DNA from: the human T2T-CHM13v2.0 reference genome, Homo sapiens | Length of the DNA: 64,000 nt | Strand: one strand, 5' to 3' | Assembly (NCBI RefSeq): GCF_009914755.1 | Contig: NC_060930.1 | Part shown: positions 55,231 through 64,000 of the stretch, piece after piece | Layout of the letters: each line of letters opens with the position of its first letter | Position numbering within the stretch: position 1 is the stretch's first letter | Translations under genes and position numbers: made by a program | Notes under the pieces: model-generated | Seen by the model: the letters and a program-made list of their open reading frames with translations, nothing else | Database searches by the model: none | Told to the model about the DNA's origin: nothing

Positions 55231-57359
55231 GAAGTTACCACTATCATTGAGCTCTTTTCCTGAGGAAATCTAGGGCTTCTGTCAAAACTTCGCTAATTTA
55301 AATGAGTATTTCCTTCTTTTGTATTTATAGGGAAGTCAACAAAAATACAGCTGCCCCTGTCTTATTATATATTGCATATATACTAATTCTGAGCTCTCAG
55401 GGTTGGGAAAGAGAGTATAGGAAGACTCCTTCTGAGGGCTTGTCTTGACGCAGAATGGCCTAAAATTCGCACTAGAGACAGACTGATTTATAGGGATTTT
55501 TTTTTTTTATCTCTTGGACCTTGTTCTAAAAAAAAGTAATGGAAAATTCAGAATATTTGACTCAACTAAATCTAATCTCTATGATCACATCCAGAGCCCT
55601 TCCCTTGTTGGTGCCTCTGCCCTCCTCCCTTTATTTGTTAATAAGATCTGACCTACATCAGGAACTTTTTGGGCTAGATCCAGGAATTTTTCACCTTAAA
55701 TTTCTTTCTAAAGAAATTGAGGTTTCAGAAACAGAAGAAGCCTAACCTGTTAAAAAAGAATCCACAGCATTACATGAGGGTAGCCTCATTATTATCCTGT
55801 ATGAGCTGGGAACTCAAACAACAGAAAGAGATTTTTGGTTAATCACTAAGGCCTCCATTCTATGGTTGCCTTCTGTGTGAGCAGGGCTGAAAGGGACATT
55901 GTAACTGGCAGAGACGAAAAGCTTTCAATATCCCTTGCAAAATAAATGAATAATATTTATAGCTGTGACTTCCTTGTGATTTTCCTTTCCACCTTTGAAA
56001 GTTAGATTTTAAAAGGTAATTATTTAAAATCTATGTATGCACAATTATTTAGTAGGCCTTACTAAAAAAGGTTAAGGACATTTGTTAAAATCAAATTGAA
56101 TAAAAGGGTACAACTGAAGAAGACAAATTAATCAAAATTAAATAGAAATGATTCAAAAGTCCATTCAGTGGAGACAACTACAAATCACAAGCAGGTGTCT
56201 TGACTGTCTCTTTAGGGGCTAAAGACCATTTCATGAGATGCCTCACGGGAAATGGGTATGTTATCTGAAGGGAAGCCCTGTGCATCCTGCCATACGACCA
56301 TCTATATCTTTAAGAAAACAGAATCTATCCGATTCTGCTAAATCCAACTGAGCTCTCATTAGCCCTAGAATTTTCACAATATCTTTCAACAGTCAGGCCC
56401 ACCACTTTCTTTAAAAGCACTCTATTTTCGAATGTACCTAGCTGTGTAACATTATCTAACCACTTTGTCTCAGTGTTTCCTCATATGTAAATTCAGAACA
56501 TTTATATTTAATGACTCTTAGGCCTCATTCAGATGTAAATGTCAATCATAATGACAGAAGTGGAGCTAATGGACTCTAATTCTCTTTTTGCTATATGCAG
56601 ACTAGACATATATGGCTTCATCTTATTTCTGTTAATTATTCTTTTTTGGTTTTTAATTTGTAGAAAACGGTTGCCTTAAAATGTTTATAATTGGTGGACA
56701 GGTGATATTTTTCAAATATTAATTTTTATTTAATTTCTATTAGTCATGGAGATGTAATAATGCAGAAGCTAGTTTATTTCATGCCACAGTCTCTTAAAGA
56801 GGTAGTAGAGGAGACAAATACATTACTGAGCTCAGGAATGTTAGCAGAGACCCATCCAACATTTCATTATCTTTAAGAAATAGAGCCACACATCACTGCA
56901 TGGTGATACAGATAAGTCTGACTGTTTAAAATAATAATTCTGAAGAAATATTACATTACAAATGCAAACAGATCAAGAAAGCTGAGGTTGCTCAGTATGT
57001 ATTGATAATATTAGATTATGTCTCTGCATTCAAAGTAATCAGATTCAAGTTTCTAGGAAGAGAATGAAAAATTATATACCATTTTATTTGTTTATTATTC
57101 AAATAAGTTAGTGATTTATATCACTTTCAGAGAAGTAGGAGTAAGAAAAAACTTTCTAAGGGTAAGAAACATAGGATATAGGACTTTGAACATGTAAACA
57201 TCTGGGAAGATATGCTTGCACAAAAGTCAGAAATCAGCAAGAGTTGTTCTCACCTATGGGAAAAAGGTAAGATATTACTGTGTCTCAAATGTACGTGATC
57301 AGTTTGTTGCAACAGAGTTTTAACTCAATATTGTTTATTGACCAACCTGATCAACAGAA

Positions 57360-58153
57360 TTTTTTTAAATTTAACTTTTAATTTAAGTTCAGGGATACAT
57401 GTGCAGGTTTGTTACATAGGTAAACTTGTTTCATGGGGGTTTGTTGTACAGATTATTTCATTACCCAGGTATTAAGCCGAGTGCTGATTAGTTATTTTTC
57501 TGGGTCATTTCCCTCCTCTCCTCATCCACCCTCCAATAGGCCCCAGTGTGTGTTGTTCCCCTCTATGTGTCCATGTTTTCTCGTCATTTAGCTCCTGCTT
57601 ATAAGTGAGAACATGCGTTATTTGGTTTTCTGTTCCTGCATTGGTTTGCTACAGATAATGGCCTCCAGCTCCATCTATGTCCCTGCAAAGAACATGATCT
57701 CATTCTTTTTATGGCTGCATGGTGTTCCATGGTGTATATGTACCACATTTTCTTTATCTAGTCTCTCAATGGTGGGCATTTAGGTTGTTTCCATGTCGTT
57801 GCTATCGTGAATAGTGCTGCAGTGAACATATGTATGCATGTGTCTTTACAATAGAACTATCTATATTTCTTTGGTTATGTACCCAGTAATGGGATTGCTG
57901 GGTCAAATGGTATTTCTGTCTTTAGATCTTTGAGGAATCACTGCACTGTCTTCCACAATGGTAGAACTAATTTATACTCCCACCAATAATGTATAAGCAT
58001 TCCTTTTTCTCCACAACCATGCCAACATCTGTTATATTTTGACTTTTTAATAATAGTTATCTCACTGGTGGAAGATGGTATTTCATTGTGGTTGTGATTT
58101 GCATTTCTCTAATGATCAGTGATGTTGAGGTGTTTTTTTAATATGGTTATTGG
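57360..58153 (-). mobile_element. L1PA (about PA13-16-like) 3' end
   Basis: Same 3'UTR type as 3612-5052: CAGGTTTGTTACATAGGTAAA and ATAGGCCCCAGTGTGTGTTG. Confidence 0.9.
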
Positions 58154-58734
58154 GATGGCCAGAAATTGCTAAGTACAATAACTTACAACATCCATAGGTG
58201 TATCTTGTGTAGATTTACTTGGGAGAAAAATCTACTTAGTTTGACCTCCATAGAAGTGTGTATTAATCCTCTTTACTTACAATAAATTTACATTTTTGTC
58301 TGAAACATTTATACCTGCAAGCAGTTGGGAAGCCAATCATCATTGCCCTTCTCTTATTCCACCTCAGAATGCCCTGGTTATAAGTTGCCCTGAAAAAAAA
58401 AAGTCTTAGGAATAGAGATAGCTTTCTGGAAAGAACAGAAAGGCAGGGCAAGGAAAGAGAAGAGAAGAGAAGAGAAATCTTGGGTTTTTGAGAGGACAGT
58501 AGGAAAACTGCTGGAAAGAGATACAAAAGTAGAGTGGTTGACCACATTTTTGAGCATTACATCCTGGTAGGTATGCAGAGGAACACTCCAAACGTGAAAT
58601 AAATTAAGAAAAAGATAGTGGTATAGTCAATAACATAAAATAGTGTCTCACTTCACAAAATGGTTGTATTTAATAAAAATAGCATACAATATAATCAAAT
58701 ACTTTTTTCTAATGGGAGATCTAAGAAGAAAAAC

Positions 58735-59660
58735 AAATGGAGACTATCTTCTGGCTACAATGAAACCGCTTGTATTAGACCGAATATCTCACTGAGAACA
58801 ACTTTTAAGCTTTATAGCTCTCAATTTGAAGGCAACAGAAAGCAAAGAAGGCAGGTGGGACTTTAAAAGTCAAGACTCCTAGGGAAGGAAAATGTAACTA
58901 GGTGAGCACGAAAGTCTCTGCCCACTTTCCTCCTCAAGGCGTTTAGTGATTCCCAGTTTTGAGAATCTCAAAATCTATGCATAAGCAATGACTTAGAAGC
59001 TAAGAATTTACATTCAGGGATTTACCGAGGAGAGCCTTATTAAACAGTCCACACTTTTAGCTGAGACTCCTGAAGAGGCTTCACCTTAAAGATAAAGGCA
59101 CACCAGAAAGAGATCAACCCTTGAAAAGAACTAAAGCCAGGCCCAGTTTATCCCAATCCCTTATTAGATCAAGGTGACATGCTCCAACATTCACTGCTTG
59201 CTACAAGAGAAATTAATCCCATCTGGAGAAGGGAAGCATCATTCATAGCCTATAAAATTTTTCCTACAAAAGTTCTGCTAGGAAATTTTTTTAAATTACC
59301 TAACGATTTCAAAGGAGCAAAAATAAAAAGTGAGGGCTAACTTTTCAACCCACAAAATGGAAACCACAAGACAATAAAGTAATATCTTTGAGATCGTAGA
59401 AAAACATGTCTACCAACAAAGAGTTCTAAACACATTGAAAATATATTTTAAAAATGGAGGTGAAATATAAATACTAAAGAAGCATAAACGATTAGTCACC
59501 AGTAAAGACACACTGAAAGCAATAAGAAAAGGAGTTTTTCAGGTGAAAGGAGAATGATCTCAGATGGACACATACAAATGGCAGAAGAAGCAAAAAGTAC
59601 CAGAAAGTAAATAGGTAATACATTTAAAGGATTGTTGATGGTACAAAATAATGTTTGTGA
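58735..59660 (+). mobile_element. Old L1M 5'/ORF1-region fragment
   Basis: AAATGGAAACCACAAGACAAT...ATCTTT and CAGGTGAAGGAGAATGATCTCAGATGG. Confidence 0.55.
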
Positions 59661-59849
59661 GTAAAATTGGCTTATGATTTTCCTTTCTTGTGATATTCAT
59701 GTCAGGATTTGGTATCAAGATACTGCCAGTCTCACTAGCTTAAAATGTTTATAATATGAAATTTAATGGAGATAATGTATTTGAAGGAACTTAGCCATTT
59801 TGCAAAGAGTAGGTGCTCAAAAAGAGTGATGCAGTGGATGGGGTTTGAA

Positions 59850-60066
59850 TCCCCTTGGATTCAGATCTAAGATGTTCAATTTCCTAGCTATCTAACTTCA
59901 GAACAGTTGCTAAAGCTCTTTGAGTCTCAGTTTCTATATGTACAAAATAAGAATAATTATTATGTTCTCATTACGTTTTTCCATAAAGATTAAATTTTTA
60001 AATTAAATATTTCTGTAAAATGCTTAACTCAATGACTGCCATATAGTTTACTGTTCAACAAATGTG
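59850..60066 (+). mobile_element. MIR
   Basis: CTCTTTGAGTCTCAGTTTCTATATGTACAAAATAAG...TGTAAAATGCTTA. Confidence 0.65.
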
Positions 60067-60124
60067 AGGGTTTATTCCCCGTTTCTCTTTCTTTCATTCC
60101 TTTGTTTTCTCTTTTTCTCTCCCT

Positions 60125-60524
60125 GAATGCCTCAGACTGGGTTCTGGATGCAGGTCCTGAGCTGGTGTTTGGAATGCCATGTCTTTGTTAGGAATTCTTA
60201 ACCTGTAGGAGGCAGTGGTGGGGGAGACAGGACTAGGCAAAGGGAGAAACTGAACAGTATCCAGCTCCAAAGAAGCCTTTATCAATTCCCTAGAGAGCTC
60301 TGGAAAACATAAATATATGGCCCGTTGGATTTGACCTACACTGCACTAGCTGGGCCTCTACACCTCTGCCTGGATTAATGGTTGGATATGGACTGGCCTG
60401 GAAAATGCAGGCCCTTAGACCAATCTGCTGTGTGTAGTGAAGACAAACCTGGAAGACTCCACAGCTGGGGAAGCAAGTTCTCCCTTGAAGGAGACTCAGG
60501 CCGCACAGCTCCATGACCACCATA
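60125..60524 (-). mobile_element. LTR16-like (ERVL) LTR
   Basis: CAGGACTAGGCAAAGGGAGAAACTGAAC...GAGCTCTGGA motifs. Confidence 0.5.
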
Positions 60525-62196
60525 CTATTCGCTCATCTCGTCTTCTCCCCTCCCTCTTCCCCCACTTCCCTTCCTTCTTCTGTCCTCCTCAGAACACCAA
60601 AAGAAGTCATTATTTAAATATTCTCCATACCCTCCAATATAAGGTCTGTGTGGAGAATATTATTATAGACATATCAGAATCAGAACTGGACTCAAGGTGT
60701 GCTCATCCATAAATGGAATGAGTGGGAAAGAGAACAAAGGGATTATTCTTTCTGAACAGTGAAATTTTCTTGATCCTAGAATATATCTTATCACTTTTCC
60801 TGGGATATGTGGCCATACTCATTAGCATTCACTGTTGATCTGAAAAGGAGAAACCAAAATACAGCCATTTTTGTATCTTAATTCAATTAAATAATAATAT
60901 TTTTATTAATATAAATACATTCGATTGTGCATTAATTAGTGCTAGGCTAAAATCTTTAATATGTATTTAGCGTTTATAACAAACATTGGTAAAAATTTAA
61001 ATTATTCAGAATATGTATAGTTATGTTCTCTTACATAGCTATTAATCAAAATTTGAAAAATCATTTAGTCTTAGGAAGCTTGAACATATGAAAGTGCAAT
61101 AAATTTTAGAAATATAGAAAATTAAAACTTCTGCTAGTCCCTTGTAGTTTTTTGTATTACAACTTTTCTTATGTGTTATACTTTTTATGGAGAAAATTCT
61201 ATGTGCATCTAGCGTGTTTTCTGGCAGAAAATCACTAAAAATCACTGAGTTTCTCTTCTTACATCCCCTTTCATATGATTCAGCCTTGTCATGAACTTCT
61301 CTAAACTGATCCTTTATAAGAATTGCAAGAGAAGAGGAGAGCAGAAACTGGAAAAAAAGAGAGTGAAATGAAAGCAGTACAGTATTTTTGCATCCACTCA
61401 AACCAAGGCCCCTGAATTAGTGCTCTGCAGAAATGAACAAGGAATCAACTTCCCTTGCGTTTTTGTCCTCAAAATGGTAAATCCTTGTTAGTGCCTTTAT
61501 GTGAAATCTTAGAGAAAGCTCTTGAGTGGAAACATTTGTTTAGCTTAGTTAGGAAACCAATTATGTCATAGCTATAACAGCCAATTGGCAAATTAGATTT
61601 TTGCACTCTAACGCTATTTGCATCTGTACAAACAAGCTTATGCTGAAGAAGTGTGCATGCACTGTTTCTTGGCTGCTTAACATGACACTCTTCAGAGAGC
61701 TAGGATTAAGAATGTGTACTTTATTATGCCTAATGACATTATACATACCTTGGTCACAATGTCATACTTTAAGGTAACATAGGAATTACATTTTTGTTCA
61801 TTTCTGCAACTTATTGAGAATGATCTGTTTTGGTGTTTCCACATAAGAAAATGAGGAAAAAAATTTATCATTTTCTTTGACATGGAATAACATTTTATTA
61901 AGCAATGTTTGGACTATAGATTAGCATAAACATGAAAAAGGTAATTTTTTGCATTTCAATTTATTGCCATAGTAATAAGATGAGGTCTTTTTATAACATA
62001 TATAATGAAATAAATTTGTAAAAATGTTTGTGCAAAGCATTCAGCAATGTAGATTTCTTTATGAGTATAAACTTTCAAGGATTTCATACTAGCTGCCTGG
62101 ATTAGCCAAAAATATACATTTTATTGGCATATTTATTTATTTTCATCATAAAAGGGGAATGAGTATATCAGTTGCTTCTCTTGAATTTGAAAATCT

Positions 62197-62420
62197 TCAT
62201 TCATCCATTCATTTGATGGATATTTATGGAGACTTACTACAACCCAGGCACTATTCTCAGGGCTGCTGATACACTGATGAATGAACATATAAGTCCTCTT
62301 GCCACCTGGAGCTTATACCCTAGTGTGGAAGACAAACAGAGAAGCAAACAAACAAAAAAGCGCAAATGAACAGATGAGTATAAAATATAATTTAGGTAAT
62401 GATAAATGCTGTATCAATTT
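62197..62420 (-). mobile_element. L2 3' end
   Basis: CATTCATCCATTCATT...CCAGGCACT...GGAGCTTATACCCTAG. Confidence 0.7.
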
Positions 62421-63734
62421 GATTTTAGCCAATGTGTTACCAAAAGAACATCATCTAAGACAAACACATAGTAACCATGTATTTGATGAATGTAACTAAT
62501 ATAATACATTTAAAATGAAGAAGTTTTGAAATATACAAGAAACTCTATGTACACAAGCACTGAAAATATAACAGGGCAGATACTAATGGAGAAGAAATTA
62601 TAATAGCGAGAATAATTATTTTCTTTATATCTATATACCATGACTTCTGAAACAAATTTCACCCCTTTCAAATTATTAAAGATAATCAGAAGCATTCTCC
62701 CCAGAAACATAGATGAGTATGACAGTCACCAAAAAAGACCATATAAGTCATTGTATCTCACAGTTAAATTGCTATATTGAGGAATGCCCAGACTGCAGAA
62801 GTGAATTTAATTTAACTGGAGTCTTGCTGGCTCATTTGCCCAGATACAGCCATGGTATGCAATGGCATGCCAAGGGAATTAATAACTGATGGATGATCAG
62901 ACCTGCTCAAAGCAGTGGTAATCATTTGCTGCTTAAACCACCACATTTTGGCAAATAAAAAGGCTTCGCTGGTGCCAAATCTGTAATTACTTTACTTAAC
63001 AGTGATGACATGTGTGCCTGTTTTGCGAGGTCCCATACTGATGCTTCTGTTGTTGGCTAAAAACCACCCGGTACTTGAGATAATAACCTCATTTCTGCAT
63101 CTGTCTCTCTGTAAGATGGATCTTTTAATTTCTTTTTCTTTTCACTTTTGTTTTGTTGTTGCTGTTCTTTGAAAGTTAAAAAAGACTGAATTTTACCCTT
63201 TTTTTGTGGGAGGGTGAGATGAGGCAGGAGGGTTTTGTTTGAAAAGCCTCACAATCTCTTAAACATAACTTTTAAAAACTGTTTATACCTCCACATAATG
63301 ATCTCAAGATAATGACCTTGAAGTGACAGTCTATTGTTACATGGATAGTAATGTATATATATGTATATTCATGTGACTAAGCGTTATGGTGATAGAAACT
63401 AGGGCTAGATTTCCCTCAATAACTTCATCACTTCCTAGTAGCAAGTTCCAATTTCAGACCAGTGGTATAGAGCAATCAATAGTGGTGCTCTAAATTTGCT
63501 GAGTGAAAATTACCCCAATTAGGGTTGAATACCTAAATTATAGCTAGGGAGTGATGTAGGCTGTTGAGACAATAAATCCAAATGTGTGGAATCGCAAATG
63601 GAAGGTTTCTCTTGAGAGGAGAAAGTTCAGGCAAATTTACCTAAAAAGGATGAAAAAATATTTTCCAACCAGTGAAAGAATTTGATTCTAAAAGCTTTTT
63701 CTAAGTCTTCTTATTGGAATGAAGTAAAAATATT

Positions 63735-64000
63735 TTGTTGACTATTAATATAGCTACTTCCATTTCTATTGGCTAGTGTTTGTATGATATATATATTTTT
63801 TCCATACTCTCATTTTAAATCAGTCTGTGTTTTTATATGTGAAGTGAGTTGCTTTTAATTGTTTAAGTAGCTTTCATAAAGTTGAGATGTACATTTTTAT
63901 CCACTCCAAAAATCTCTGCCTTTTAAAAGAAATGTTTAGACCACGTATATTTAATAATCAATGCAGTTGGGTTTTAGTGTAACATTTGACATTTTAAAAA
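63735..64000 (-). mobile_element. Old L1M fragment near the ORF2 start
   Basis: TATTTTTTCCATACT...TATATGTGAAGTG...AATCTCTGCCTTTTAA...TTTAGACCA. Confidence 0.55.

Overview
Repeat-dense, AT-rich primate genomic DNA, most likely human: it carries AluJ/S/Y elements, a fragment with an AluYa5-diagnostic base, LTR12/ERV9, THE1/MST, L1PA/PB/M, L2 and MIR. I cannot support any protein-coding exon, intact RNA gene or CRISPR array. The supplied ORFs mostly fall in Alu, LTR12, L1, MaLR or low-complexity sequence, so the window reads as intergenic or deep intronic. Repeat family names come from my recall of consensus sequences, not from a search. The most unusual signals are: (1) a mosaic at 31.2-31.7 kb built from at least three templated copies of nearby DNA, a likely fossil template-switch event; (2) a ~70-nt retrocopy of only the R region of a MER41-type LTR, with poly(A) and TSD; (3) a tailless 35-nt U2 snRNA retrocopy; (4) a 5'-truncated, probably very young AluYa5; (5) an AluY with a strong AT-to-GC substitution bias; (6) two co-oriented solo LTR12 promoters, the second followed by plausible splice sites; (7) two 5'-inverted (twin-primed) L1s. 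I see no evidence of a new multi-gene system; the novelty is in genome dynamics and possible LTR-driven non-coding transcription.
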